Assembly: GCA_045611765.1 (NCBI GenBank)
Contig: JAZKXT010000006.1
Coordinates: 32,203-96,202, forward strand
DNA: 64,000 nucleotides
Source of the DNA: Clostridia bacterium
GTDB lineage: Bacteria > Bacillota > Clostridia > TANB77 > CAG-465
Direction of reading: 5' to 3'
Shown here: positions 21,101-30,577 of the stretch, in pieces
How the letters are laid out: each line of letters opens with the position of its first letter
How positions within the stretch are numbered: position 1 is the first letter of the stretch
Position numbers and translations under genes: made by a program
The notes under the pieces: model-generated
The model's input: the letters and a program-made list of their open reading frames with translations, nothing else
Told to the model about the DNA's origin: nothing
Databases searched by the model: none

Positions 21101-21305
21101 TATAGGGGTATCGCTATTACTACTATTCCCAATAAATGGCATAATACATGCTGTTACAAACAATATGAATATAACAGCAGTACTTCCAACATCGGGCGCA
21201 ATTGTACTAGTAATACTAAGCGTAATACTTACACTTATTGGTGGATTAATTCCATCAAAACAAGCTGCTAAGAAAGACCCAGTACTTGCTCTTAGAAGTG
21301 AGTAA
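18141..21305 (+). CDS. MacB-type fused ABC transporter (ATPase plus FtsX-like permease) with a roughly 600-aa extracytoplasmic domain
   Basis: Walker A GPSGSGKTT, signature LSGGQMQR, Walker B LLADEPT, TM1 around aa 265-290, long hydrophilic domain, three C-terminal TM helices. Confidence 0.8.
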   Translation: MLQIKNISKKYKTGELVQIALNDVSLNFRDNEFVSILGPSGSGKTTLLNIVGGLDRYDTGDLIINNVSTKDYKDRDWDSYRNHTVGFVFQSYNLIPHQTILANVELALTIGGISKGERKRRALEALDKVGLKDQAHKRPNQMSGGQMQRVAIARALVNNPDILLADEPTGALDTETSVQVMELLKEVANDRLVIMVTHNPELAETYSTRIVKLRDGKVIDDSNPCFIEDKKKEKPKYKNLGKASMSIMTALSLSFNNLLTKKGRTILTAFAGSIGIIGIALILALSTGFQNYIDKIQEDTLTSYPLTITSETADATSMILSMVPGESEPRNDDIVKENKNFTNMFSKIGENDLKSLKYFLQDNKKKVDSMVALTQYRYNVSPLIYTKDVKGNITKLNPSEILASMYGGDSILSMASGTVSVFTEMIDNDAMAKSSYQMLKGNWPQNYDEVLLVLPAENEISDLLLFSLGLKDIKELEKMLTNITQGEGTEDNTAPLELTYDELMNIELKLIHASDTYKYNSKYKVYEDMATDKKFMENLYNNSLKLKIVGIAAPKDSSNSSNLMSGVLYKKELTEYVINTAAESEIVKKQLENKNINVFSNKYFDDEQDNTGLNFEDMISIDTNMLSSAFGVKIDEKDIANMTEGYMSEISKAITTDTSKAEKAFIDTLASITKGLLNNYIDSSEVVGFATIKLSQVDSVVNKYMQSEAVIALLTELEKEYVIPKDTFTTMYSEIIKGFFKQYISMMDSTSEDPSAMLVKSAVDTIVAAFTSQEMILTTAKTMGGKMVEASMNKTILTTVGELSGKLMSTMASAFNVDESKIAKAFKFNLDEDELKRLFQAMTNTTTKSSETNLTSLGYQNLDEPTATSFYFKDFASKENFISFLDEYNNQMEKEDDEKVIKYTDITGILMSSVKVIVDSVSYVLIAFVSISLIVSSIMIGIITYISVLERTKEIGVLRAIGASKKNISSIFNAETFIVGLFAGLLGIGVSLLLLFPINGIIHAVTNNMNITAVLPTSGAIVLVILSVILTLIGGLIPSKQAAKKDPVLALRSE

Positions 21306-21321
21306 CGTAATTTATATAAAA

Positions 21322-21350
21322 TTAGGTAGGACGACGAATCCTACCTTTAA
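21322..21350 (+). terminator. Rho-independent terminator after the ABC transporter
   Basis: AGGTAGG-cgacgaat-CCTACCT then TTTAATT. Confidence 0.65.
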
Positions 21351-21453
21351 TTATGTCAATTCCACTTGTAATGTTATGTAAATTATGATACAATATATGT
21401 GTTCGCAAAACTTTAACTCAATAAATAATTTCAAACGAGGGGAGAAGCATATT

Positions 21454-21906
21454 ATGAAAGACAGCAAGTTAATTAAATTAGGTAAAGTGGTAGAGCTACT
21501 ACCAAAGCAATCCAACAGTGGATTTATGATGCGGTACGGCTTACCGTTCGGTAAGAGGTCATTAACAAGCATAAGTGTTTCAGCAAACGACAAGGCTAAA
21601 AGTTTTATCTATTTTAACCAAGGCATGTCCAGCATTAAGCTAAATCGAAGCTCTGTCAGTATTAATATTAACAACGGCGAATATAAGCCCGGGAATGTGG
21701 AAGATACACTCCTTCTAATTGTTTCTGGTGCCAAGCAATTGGTGACTACTGCTGAAACAATCTATAAAAAAGAAGTCTCTGAGGCGGTAGTATTTATGCA
21801 TTTTGGAGACACTATACAATTATCCCAGTCATCTCATGGCAAATGTTCAGAATATAAGATTGTTAAGAATAACAACAAATTGTTCCTTGTATTAAACAGG
21901 GAATAA
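21454..21906 (+). CDS. Hypothetical protein
   Basis: ORF with RBS GAGGGGAG before the ATG at 21454. Terminator hairpin at 21943-21975 (AAAAGGCAAGC/GCTTGCCTTTT). Confidence 0.4.
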   Translation: MKDSKLIKLGKVVELLPKQSNSGFMMRYGLPFGKRSLTSISVSANDKAKSFIYFNQGMSSIKLNRSSVSININNGEYKPGNVEDTLLLIVSGAKQLVTTAETIYKKEVSEAVVFMHFGDTIQLSQSSHGKCSEYKIVKNNNKLFLVLNRE

Positions 21907-22054
21907 GGCCCAAACTTTGATTTTAATTTACAAAAATTATATAAAAGGCAAGCAAAATTTGCTTGCCTTTTAGCTATTTTTAAGCATAACTACTACACAA
22001 ATATATAATTTTATGGTAAAATTATTAAAGTAAATTTTAAAGGAGAGTGGAATT

Positions 22055-22777
22055 ATGTCAGGACATAGCAAATGGGCAAATATAAAAAGAAGAAAAGAAG
22101 CGGTAGATGGAAAGAAAGCCCAAATTTATTCAAAAATAGGGAAGGAACTAACTGTTGCAGTAAAACAAGGTGGCCCCGACCCTGTCAATAACGCAAAATT
22201 AAGAGATGTTATAGCTAAAGCTAAGGCTAATAATATGCCTAATGATAATATAAATAGATGTATTCAAAAAGCATCTGGTGAAGGAAGCAATGCAAACTAT
22301 GAAGAAATAACATATGAAGGTTTTGGGCCTTGTGGAGTTGCAGTTATAGTAGAAGCAATGACGGATAATAAAAATAGAGCGGCAGCAGATATTAGATGCA
22401 TCTTTGATAGAAGTGGCGGTAGCATGGGACAAACAGGCTCTGTTGGATACATGTTTAATAAGAAATCTGTATTTGTATTAGAAAAAACTACAAATATAGA
22501 CGAGGATGAACTTATGATGGAAGTTCTAGATTTAGGAGCTGAAGATATGGTTTCCGATGAAGAATGCATTGAAATTACAGCCGACCCAACAAGCTTTGCT
22601 AAAATAAGCGAATACCTTGAAGCTAAAGGCTACATAGCAATAGAAGCTGAAATAAAAATGGTTCCTACAATAAAGAAGGAATTATCTGAAGAAGAAGCTA
22701 CAAAACTTGAGAATTTTATAGACAAAATGGAAGCAAATGACGACGTTCAAAACGTTTGGCATAATGCAGATATATAA
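22055..22777 (+). CDS. yebC: YebC/PmpR-family transcriptional regulator
   Basis: MSGHSKWANIKRRK N-terminus, 240 aa. Confidence 0.9.
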   Translation: MSGHSKWANIKRRKEAVDGKKAQIYSKIGKELTVAVKQGGPDPVNNAKLRDVIAKAKANNMPNDNINRCIQKASGEGSNANYEEITYEGFGPCGVAVIVEAMTDNKNRAAADIRCIFDRSGGSMGQTGSVGYMFNKKSVFVLEKTTNIDEDELMMEVLDLGAEDMVSDEECIEITADPTSFAKISEYLEAKGYIAIEAEIKMVPTIKKELSEEEATKLENFIDKMEANDDVQNVWHNADI

Positions 22778-22935
22778 ATTGTAAACTAATTTATACTACG
22801 TTTATTACAAAAATACATGTAAAACCACTTTTATACGTTAATTTAATAACATAATATTGACTTTACATAAAATTTATGTTATCATAGTATATGGATAGTG
22901 TTTCGCACATTATTTATATATAGAGGTGAAAATAT

Positions 22936-23466
22936 ATGTATTATGAAGATAAACGTAGTTTTTATATAAAACAATATGGTCCTGCTGTATTAATTATTGG
23001 TATAGCTTTAGTACTAATAATTACAGGAATAGTTATTGGCCTAAAAGATGATAATGCAGTCGCTAAGCAACCAGTAGAAAGTAATGCTTATGTATATACA
23101 GATAACGCTATAACAGGTACTGTAACAAAAACAAAAGGATTAACAATCACAGTAACAGCAAATAATACTACATATGATATTAATCTCATAGGAATAATGC
23201 AACACGACAAAAATCCAAATTTATCTAAAACTATAGCAAGTGATTTAACAGGTAAGACTGTAACCATAGATTATGATATTGCAAAAACAGAAAACAATAA
23301 GACATACGCATATTTATATGTTGATGGTACATTATATAATGAAACATTACTTGCACAAGGCCTTGCAGAATTGAGAACCGAAAGACAAAATATAAATAAA
23401 TTAGACATACTTGTAGCAGCTCAAATTAAAGCAAGATATGAAGGTTTAGGAATTTGGAAATATTAA
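22936..23466 (+). CDS. Membrane-anchored thermonuclease (staphylococcal nuclease / SNase-like)
   Basis: N-terminal TM, SNase-like C-terminus (TLLAQGLAELRTE...ARYEGLGIW). Promoter TTGACT-17-TATCAT upstream. Confidence 0.6.
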   Translation: MYYEDKRSFYIKQYGPAVLIIGIALVLIITGIVIGLKDDNAVAKQPVESNAYVYTDNAITGTVTKTKGLTITVTANNTTYDINLIGIMQHDKNPNLSKTIASDLTGKTVTIDYDIAKTENNKTYAYLYVDGTLYNETLLAQGLAELRTERQNINKLDILVAAQIKARYEGLGIWKY

Positions 23467-23569
23467 AATTGAATGCTGACTAAAGAAAACTTTAGTTTTC
23501 ATATATAACCTCTTATAATCAACCTCTACATATAGTAGGGGTTTGATTTATTTTAATTAGAAAAGTTAT

Positions 23570-23598
23570 AAAAAACGACGCTCTAAAATCGATTTTAA
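23570..23598. repeat. Left inverted repeat (IR-L) of the candidate invertible element
   Basis: AAAAAACGACGCTCTAAAATCGATTTTAAG. Its reverse complement recurs at 24371-24400. Core AAAATCGATTTT is itself palindromic. Confidence 0.8.
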
Positions 23599-23651
23599 GG
23601 GGTTACAAAAATTCAGGTGATAAAATTTACGTCTGAAAGGAGTGTGATTTA

Positions 23652-23975
23652 ATGTATGTACCTTATATCATCAGAAATCGAATGAAAAATAATATAATAG
23701 AAAAACAAATGAGACAAAAAATGAAACTAAAGAATAATAAGTATGTATATCTGAAGTTGAATAGAAGATACGCCAGTCTTATAATTAATTCGTTAGCATT
23801 TACAAGAAGAGCCTTATATTATAAGAAGATGGAAGAAATACCAGTTGAAATGTTTTTTGATGTTGATAATTTTGAAGAAGATATTTTCGACTTAAATTTA
23901 TCCATAAATAAGATAACAGCAGATTGTAAAAGGAATTTTTATAATTGGAAAGAGTACAAAATTTACAAAAAGTAA
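23652..23975 (+). CDS. Small very basic hypothetical protein encoded inside the IR-bounded segment
   Basis: 107-aa ORF with RBS AAAGGAG and an extended -10 (TGATAAAAT) just inside IR-L. May be spurious in AT-rich DNA. Confidence 0.3.
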   Translation: MYVPYIIRNRMKNNIIEKQMRQKMKLKNNKYVYLKLNRRYASLIINSLAFTRRALYYKKMEEIPVEMFFDVDNFEEDIFDLNLSINKITADCKRNFYNWKEYKIYKK

Positions 23976-24370
23976 AAAATAGCGAAATCCATATAAGTTA
24001 GATAGGGCAAGGCATAGAAGGTCAAGAACCGTTTATTTTGTCTTGCTTTATTTCGCAAAATAAATATTTTGTGTATTTTAGAGAAGGAACTATTGATTAT
24101 TTAGTCCACTTCTATTATAATATTAGTATACATAGCTTATATGCTGTCTGACACCTTATATATATAAATATATTTATTTAACTTTCTATTTCACTCTACT
24201 TATTATAAGTTGTCATTCATTACTATATTATTTTACTATATATTTTATATTTAGTATATACTTTTATATACAATTTATAAAATTTTATGATTTTAAGCCC
24301 TTTTCCTCAAATTCGATTTTAAAGGCCTTTTTTCGGACGTCAAATGATACCACCCCGATTCTAAAAACGT

Positions 24371-24400
24371 CTTAAAATCGATTTTAGAGCGTCGGTTTTT
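24371..24400. repeat. Right inverted repeat (IR-R), ending at the recombinase RBS
   Basis: CTTAAAATCGATTTTAGAGCGTCGGTTTTT is the reverse complement of IR-L (24 bp perfect). A degenerate third copy AAATTCGATTTTAAAGG lies at 24310-24326. Confidence 0.8.
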
Positions 24401-24410
24401 GGAGGTTTTT

Positions 24411-25367
24411 ATGAAACAAATGACATTTGATGATATGCCAAGGATTTTACAAGATTATCTTAAGAATTACTTAATAATTACTAAAAACAGATCTAAAACA
24501 ACTGTTAAAGAATATTATTATGATTTACGTGATGCATTTCAATTTATTAAACGAGATAAATATAATATTAAAGTTGAAAATTTTAAAGAAATAAATATTA
24601 CGGATTTAGATGCAAATTTTTTTAAATCAATTGAAGTTTCAGATATATATGAATATTTATATGATAAAAATACTAAAGCAATTTCTAGAGCTAGAAAAAT
24701 TTCATCAATTAGATCATTTTTTAATTATTTGTGTAATGTTGTAAAAATTATTGATAGAAATCCTTGTGTGGGTCTAGAATCGCCAAAATTAGAAAAAAGA
24801 TTGCCAAAATATTTAGAACTTACCGAGGCCAAGTCCCTACTCCACTCTGTTGATGGTGAATTCAAAACAAGAGACTATGCAATCTTAACCATATTCCTAA
24901 ACTGTGGACTAAGACTTTCTGAGCTAGTAAATATAAATATGGAGCATATTAAAGGAGATACTTTATCTGTTATTGGTAAGGGTAATAAAGAACGCTCTGT
25001 ACACTTAAATAAAGCCTGCTTAGATGCTATCCAGGATTATCTTAAGGATAGACCAATAGATAAGGTTAAAGGCGAAGATAGACGTGCTCTTTTCATTAGC
25101 AGGAAGTATAAAAGGATAAGTCCTAGAATGATTGAAATAATGGTAAAAGACTATATTGTAAAGGCTGGTCTTGACCCTAAAAAGTATACTCCCCACAAAC
25201 TTAGACACACTGCAGCTACTCTAATGCACAAATATGGTGGCGTAGATATTAGAACGTTACAACAAGTACTAGGACACGAAACTATAGCTACTACGCAAAT
25301 ATATACTCATATAGACAGCGAAGAAGTTAAAAATGCCATAGATAACAATCCATTAAATAAGATGTAA
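24411..25367 (+). CDS. Tyrosine site-specific recombinase (XerC/XerD/RecV-like)
   Basis: C-terminal catalytic region HKLRHTAATL...LGHETIATTQIYTHI with R..H..R..Y residues. ATG at 24411 follows GGAGG. Confidence 0.85.
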   Translation: MKQMTFDDMPRILQDYLKNYLIITKNRSKTTVKEYYYDLRDAFQFIKRDKYNIKVENFKEINITDLDANFFKSIEVSDIYEYLYDKNTKAISRARKISSIRSFFNYLCNVVKIIDRNPCVGLESPKLEKRLPKYLELTEAKSLLHSVDGEFKTRDYAILTIFLNCGLRLSELVNINMEHIKGDTLSVIGKGNKERSVHLNKACLDAIQDYLKDRPIDKVKGEDRRALFISRKYKRISPRMIEIMVKDYIVKAGLDPKKYTPHKLRHTAATLMHKYGGVDIRTLQQVLGHETIATTQIYTHIDSEEVKNAIDNNPLNKM

Positions 25368-25456
25368 TTAGTATAATTTGAAAAATCACAAGTATTATGT
25401 TATAATATTTGTGGTTTTATTATTAGCTCTAAAATAATTTTAAGGAGATGTTTGAA

Positions 25457-25732
25457 ATGAAAAATGACCGGTTTTACATTAGCTGTACTGATAAAAGAGT
25501 AGTTATTACATTCACTGTTTCAATTGTTATTGCAATATTAGCAACTATGTTGCTCTGTACAGGAGGTTTTCTTCCTCTTATACCAGCTAATTTACAATTA
25601 GTAGGTTGGATATGCGTTTGGACACTTTGCTACTGTGGTTGGATAATCTCTCTTTCTCTGTTAGGTATACTCTTGATTGGTATTGTTGGTAAAATTTTAT
25701 CTAATAAAAATACTAAGAAAAAGAATATTTAA
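25457..25732 (+). CDS. Small membrane protein
   Basis: Two or three TM helices. Terminator hairpin at 25741-25775 (ACACAGCAAC/GTTGCTGTGT). Confidence 0.45.
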   Translation: MKNDRFYISCTDKRVVITFTVSIVIAILATMLLCTGGFLPLIPANLQLVGWICVWTLCYCGWIISLSLLGILLIGIVGKILSNKNTKKKNI

Positions 25733-25783
25733 TAAATAGTACACAGCAACAATTATATGTTGCTGTGTAATTTTATATTATTT

Positions 25784-26080
25784 CTAATTATATATAGGTA
25801 TTTCTAATATTTGTCCTGAATATATGTTACTACTTTTTAAGTTGTTTATATTCTTTATTTCAATTACTATATTCTGTACATTTAATTCTTCAGAAGAGTT
25901 ATTACAAACATCTTCAGCTATTTTCCAAAGAGTATCGTTACTAGCAACAGTAACTGACTTTGTATCTATATGTTTGTTTCCAAAAGTGAAATTGGAAATA
26001 AAATTCATTACTATAATAAACAATAAAATTATGCATATATTTGTCATTATTCTTTTCATATTTAATCTATATCTTTTCAT
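25784..26080 (-). CDS. LysM-domain protein with N-terminal TM
   Basis: LysM-like VTVASNDTLWKIAE...GQILEIP. Start at 26080 is preceded by GGAGG. Confidence 0.6.
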   Translation of the reverse strand: MKRYRLNMKRIMTNICIILLFIIVMNFISNFTFGNKHIDTKSVTVASNDTLWKIAEDVCNNSSEELNVQNIVIEIKNINNLKSSNIYSGQILEIPIYN

Positions 26081-26291
26081 AATATTACCTCCGAACCTCT
26101 GTTCTGTTAATATTATATAGCACAAATGTTCGTTTGTCAACAATATTTTTAAAATTTATCGAAAATTTGTTCGCTTTTGCACAGCGGATGATATTATGTT
26201 TACTACACTTGTTTTTTTGCTGTTACTGTGGTATAATTTAAACATTACCAAAATAAATCCTAAAATAATTTAAAGGAGATTGTGTTGTGTT

Positions 26292-26723
26292 ATGAAAACG
26301 AAAAAAATTACTTTGATAATCATTCTAACTCTTTTAAGTGCAATAATTTTCGGGCTGCTAGCTCATTTTGCTATTGCACCGGCGCTTAATGAGATAAATG
26401 AAACTTTTGAATCGTTACAAACCAAATCAGCGATTTATGAAAAAGACTTTGAAAAAGTATATTCACATCCAAACTACTCTATTTACCCCGAAAAAAATTT
26501 AACTGTTGTGGAGCTTAAAGAAAACGGCTTCTCTCTTAAAATGTATTATATGCAGGATGGTACTTTTGTAACGAGTGAAATAGTTGATTATGATTTTTAT
26601 ACCAACAATTTTGTGATTGGTTTCATATGGCTTCTCGTTGCGCTACTGTCATTTATGATTTCTCTCCTTATTACAATGCTAGGAATTGGGATGTGCGGCG
26701 GACTACTTGAAAGACGGCATTAA
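26292..26723 (+). CDS. Hypothetical membrane protein
   Basis: Two TM segments. Terminator hairpin AAGACGGCA/GCCGTCTT overlaps the 3' end. Confidence 0.4.
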   Translation: MKTKKITLIIILTLLSAIIFGLLAHFAIAPALNEINETFESLQTKSAIYEKDFEKVYSHPNYSIYPEKNLTVVELKENGFSLKMYYMQDGTFVTSEIVDYDFYTNNFVIGFIWLLVALLSFMISLLITMLGIGMCGGLLERRH

Positions 26724-26735
26724 TTTGCCGTCTTT

Positions 26736-28043
26736 TTACACTTCTTTATATTCATATATTGGTCCAATTTCACGAGTTACAACTTCCCTTGTTATTATAC
26801 ATTTTTTAATGTTTTTGTTTGAAGGTACTTCATACATTGGATTTAACATTACTTCTTCTAATATTGCTCTTAAGCCTCTTGCACCAGTTTTTCTTTCTAA
26901 TGCTAGTTTTACTATTTCTTCAATAGCATCTTTCTTAAATTCTAGATCTACCTTATCCATTTTAAGAAGCTTTTTATATTGCTTAATTAAAGCATTCTTG
27001 GGTTTTGTAACAATATCTATTAAAGCTTTATCGTCTAATTGACCTAGTGTTGTTATTATTGGTAAACGTCCTACAAGTTCTGGTATTAATCCAAATTTAA
27101 TAATATCGTTTGGAAGAACATTTTTAAATATAGTTTTGTAATCTATATCTTTTTTCTCTTCTATTTTAGCACCAAAGCCAATAGATTTCTCTCCTATTCT
27201 ATTTTCTATAATTTTGTCTAAGCCTTCAAAAGCACCACCACAGATAAATAGAATATTACTTGTATCTATTTTTAAATATTCTTGTTGAGGATGTTTCCTA
27301 CCACCCTGTGGAGGCACATTTGCGACCGTTCCTTCTATTATTTTTAGAAGTGCTTGTTGAACACCCTCGCCGCTAACATCTCTTGTTATAGATGGATTTT
27401 CAGATTTTCTAGTAATCTTATCTAATTCATCTATATATATAATTCCTTTTTCAGCTTTAGATATATCGTAATCTGCCGCTTGGATAAGTCTTAATAGGAT
27501 GTTTTCTACATCTTCACCTACATAACCAGCTTCAGTAAGAGTTGTTGCATCAGCTATTGCAAATGGAACACGTAATACTTTAGCCAGTGTTTGAGCCATA
27601 AGTGTTTTACCACAACCAGTAGGTCCCATCATAAGAATATTACTTTTTTGTATTTCTACATCATCTATTTTGTCTAGATTTCTAATACGTTTGTAATGGT
27701 TATATACAGCAACCGCAAGTACTCTTTTAGCGTCATCTTGACCAATTACATATTCATCTAAAATTTTTCTTATTTGGTCTGGAGTAGGTAGTTCTGTATT
27801 TTCAATAAGCTCTTTATTTGCCTTTGCTTTCTTTTTACCGGCATTTTCTTCTTCCATTAGAATGTTTTCTAGGTCTTCCTCTTCTATAAGGTCTTCTAGT
27901 ATTATTTTGTTACAGATATCTATACAGTCTTCACATATAAATATGCCATTAGGGCCGGCAATTAATTTGCCGACCTCATCTTTGTATCTGCCACAAAACG
28001 AACAAAATATATCATAATCATCATTTGTTGTTCTTTTAGCCAT
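26736..28043 (-). CDS. clpX: ATP-dependent Clp protease ATP-binding subunit ClpX
   Basis: N-terminal zinc-binding domain CSFCG...CEDC, Walker A GPTGCGKT, 435 aa. Confidence 0.95.
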   Translation of the reverse strand: MAKRTTNDDYDIFCSFCGRYKDEVGKLIAGPNGIFICEDCIDICNKIILEDLIEEEDLENILMEEENAGKKKAKANKELIENTELPTPDQIRKILDEYVIGQDDAKRVLAVAVYNHYKRIRNLDKIDDVEIQKSNILMMGPTGCGKTLMAQTLAKVLRVPFAIADATTLTEAGYVGEDVENILLRLIQAADYDISKAEKGIIYIDELDKITRKSENPSITRDVSGEGVQQALLKIIEGTVANVPPQGGRKHPQQEYLKIDTSNILFICGGAFEGLDKIIENRIGEKSIGFGAKIEEKKDIDYKTIFKNVLPNDIIKFGLIPELVGRLPIITTLGQLDDKALIDIVTKPKNALIKQYKKLLKMDKVDLEFKKDAIEEIVKLALERKTGARGLRAILEEVMLNPMYEVPSNKNIKKCIITREVVTREIGPIYEYKEV

Positions 28044-28053
28044 GTTACTCTCC

Positions 28054-28650
28054 TTATAACTCGTTTATACTATTCATAACTTCATCTATTAAGCCATATT
28101 CTTTAGCTTCTAGGCTAGATAAGAAGTTATCTCTATCTGTATCTTTTTCAACTTGTTCTAATGGTTTGCCAGTATTTTCACTTAAAATTTTGTTAAGTTT
28201 TTCTTTTACTTTTAAAAGATATTCTGTGTGAATTTTGATATCACTAGCTTGACCTTGAACACCACCTAAAGGTTGGTGTATCATAATTGTACTGTTAGGT
28301 AATGCATATCTTTTACCTTTTGTACCTGCTGCAAGAAGAAATGCACCCATACTTGCTGCCATGCCAATACATATTGTACAAACATCAGATTTGATGTATT
28401 GAATTGTATCGTATATAGCCATACCAGCTGTAACGCTACCACCAGGACTATTTATATATAGATGTATATCTTTACCTGGGTCTTCTGCGTCTAAGAATAA
28501 TAATTGAGCTACAACTAAAGATGCTGAAACATCATTTACTTCTTCACTTAAGAATATAATTCTTTCTTTTAAAAGTCTAGAATATATATCATAAGATCTT
28601 TCACCTTTGCTTGTTTGTTCAACAACCATAGGTACTAAACTGTTTTTCAT
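28054..28650 (-). CDS. clpP: ATP-dependent Clp protease proteolytic subunit ClpP
   Basis: [23 protein letters not shown]-terminus, catalytic [11 protein letters not shown]. Start moved to the internal Met at 28650. Confidence 0.9.
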   Translation of the reverse strand: MKNSLVPMVVEQTSKGERSYDIYSRLLKERIIFLSEEVNDVSASLVVAQLLFLDAEDPGKDIHLYINSPGGSVTAGMAIYDTIQYIKSDVCTICIGMAASMGAFLLAAGTKGKRYALPNSTIMIHQPLGGVQGQASDIKIHTEYLLKVKEKLNKILSENTGKPLEQVEKDTDRDNFLSSLEAKEYGLIDEVMNSINEL

Positions 28651-28669
28651 ATAACAACCTCCAAAAAAA

Positions 28670-29950
28670 TTATTTTTCCACAACATTTGATACTACAACT
28701 TCAATTGCTTTTTCTTGTCTTAATTTTTCAGTCATATAATTTATAACGTTTGGATTCTTTTTAAGCGGTTCTGCATCGTTTCCGTAAGTTGTTGCAAGTT
28801 CATCTATTCTTGCGTTTATTTCATCCATAGTTACTTCTATATTTTCAGCTTTAAGAACTTGTTCTAATGCAAGTTTTAATTTAATATCTTTAACTGCACT
28901 AGCTTCAAATTGCTCGTGTAAAGCTTTATCGTCAATATTTAGGATTTGTTTGTATTGTTCTAATGTCATTCCTTGGTAAGCCAAATTTTGTTCAAACTCA
29001 TGAATCATTTGGTGAATTTGTCCGTGTACCATTGGTTCAGGAATTTCAACTTCTACGTTTTCGCATAAAGCATCAACAGCTTTTGTTTCTCTTTCAGCTT
29101 TAGCAGTTGTTTCTTTAGATTTTTCTAATCTCTCTTTTACTGATTTAGTATATTCTTCTAAAGTATCAAACTCTGAAACGTCTTTTGCAAATTCATCATC
29201 AAGCTCAGGTAATTCTTTTTTCTTTATTTCATGAACTTTAATTTTAAATATTGTTTCTTTTCCTGCAAGGTCAGCATTTCCATAGTTTTCTGGGAATGTC
29301 GTTGTTATATCTTTTGACTCGCCAACCTTCATTCCTACAAGTTGTTCTTCAAAACCAGGAATAAATGAGCCAGAACCAATTTCAAGGTCATATTTTTCTG
29401 CTTTTCCACCATCGAAAGCAACTCCATCTAAGAAACCTTCGAAGTCTATGTTTGCGATGTCTCCATTTTCTACGCAACCCTCTTCTTTAACAGTTACTCT
29501 TGCGTTTCTTGCTCTTATATTGTCTAATTCTACTCTAACATCATCAGCAGTTACTTCTGTATTTACTTTTTCTATTTCTAAACCTTTATATTGTTTTAAA
29601 GTAGCTTCTGGCTTAGTATATACTTCTATACTAAATACTAAATCTTTGTCTTTACCAATTTCTTGAATATCTACTTCTGGACGTGATACTACTTCTAGTT
29701 CATTTTCTTCTACAGCAGCAGCATATTCTTTTTCTGCAACAATGTTAAATGCTTCATCATAGAATACACCTTCACCATATGTTTTTTCTATAACATTTCT
29801 TGGAACTTTACCATTTCTAAAGCCAGGCATTTTAATTTTGCTAGCATTTTTTCTAAAAGCTTCCTCTAAAGCTTCATTAAATTTTTCTTTTTCTACGTTA
29901 AATTCAAGTTTAATTTTTGAACCTTCTAATTTTGTTATTTTTACACTCAT
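28670..29950 (-). CDS. tig: Trigger factor
   Basis: [20 protein letters not shown]-terminus, PPIase middle domain, 426 aa, canonical tig-clpP-clpX order. Confidence 0.9.
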   Translation of the reverse strand: MSVKITKLEGSKIKLEFNVEKEKFNEALEEAFRKNASKIKMPGFRNGKVPRNVIEKTYGEGVFYDEAFNIVAEKEYAAAVEENELEVVSRPEVDIQEIGKDKDLVFSIEVYTKPEATLKQYKGLEIEKVNTEVTADDVRVELDNIRARNARVTVKEEGCVENGDIANIDFEGFLDGVAFDGGKAEKYDLEIGSGSFIPGFEEQLVGMKVGESKDITTTFPENYGNADLAGKETIFKIKVHEIKKKELPELDDEFAKDVSEFDTLEEYTKSVKERLEKSKETTAKAERETKAVDALCENVEVEIPEPMVHGQIHQMIHEFEQNLAYQGMTLEQYKQILNIDDKALHEQFEASAVKDIKLKLALEQVLKAENIEVTMDEINARIDELATTYGNDAEPLKKNPNVINYMTEKLRQEKAIEVVVSNVVEK

Positions 29951-30059
29951 TTCTTATACTTCCTTTCAATTTGTTTTGCTATTTTATTATACCACAAATT
30001 CCCAAGAATACAAGACAAACCTAATGTTTAATTGTGTTTTATTTTGTGTTTTTATATAA

Positions 30060-30094
30060 AAATATCTGCCCATTCAGTGGACAGATATTTTTTA
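30060..30094. terminator. Bidirectional terminator between the glucan-synthase operon and the tig promoter region
   Basis: AAATATCTG-loop-CAGATATTT followed by TTTT. Confidence 0.65.
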
Positions 30095-30133
30095 CTGATT
30101 ATTGCACTACTATATTATTTTGTTGCGTAATAC

Positions 30134-30463
30134 TTATTCGCTTATGACGCCAGCTTCTGTTAGAAAATCTTTCATGTCTAAAAGACTTTCGAATCTCAAG
30201 GAACAATATACTGCTACTGCATTTTTTATAGAACTGAAGTCCATATTATGAGTGTCTTTAGTTGGCTCATTCATGATTAATTTGGCTTTATATTTCTCTT
30301 GTGCCTTTTCTATCAATTCTACAATATCCACCAGAACACTTTGTTCTGTTTGTGATATGAGTGACCGTGGAACTTTGCTAAATGCGCTAATAAATAACGC
30401 AGGTACAGGTAAAGTGGCGACTTTATATGTATATATAGTTTTAAACATAATGTATTCCCCCAT
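30134..30463 (-). CDS. Hypothetical protein, last gene of the glucan-synthase operon
   Basis: 109-aa ORF 114 nt downstream of the GH94 gene. Confidence 0.35.
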   Translation of the reverse strand: MGEYIMFKTIYTYKVATLPVPALFISAFSKVPRSLISQTEQSVLVDIVELIEKAQEKYKAKLIMNEPTKDTHNMDFSSIKNAVAVYCSLRFESLLDMKDFLTEAGVISE

Positions 30464-30577
30464 TGCATAGTTAGTAATGTGTTTATTTTCAGCAAATATA
30501 TTATATCACAAACATTATGTAAATTCAACAGTTTAAAGGATAGATTAACAGTAAGTTTATCTATCCTTTATTAAACA

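Noticed and set aside
24036-24070. Possible hairpin (TTTATTT-CGCAAA-AAATAAA) inside the IR-bounded segment as a terminator
   Set aside because: The stem consists only of A/T pairs and would be very weak. I do not count it as a feature.
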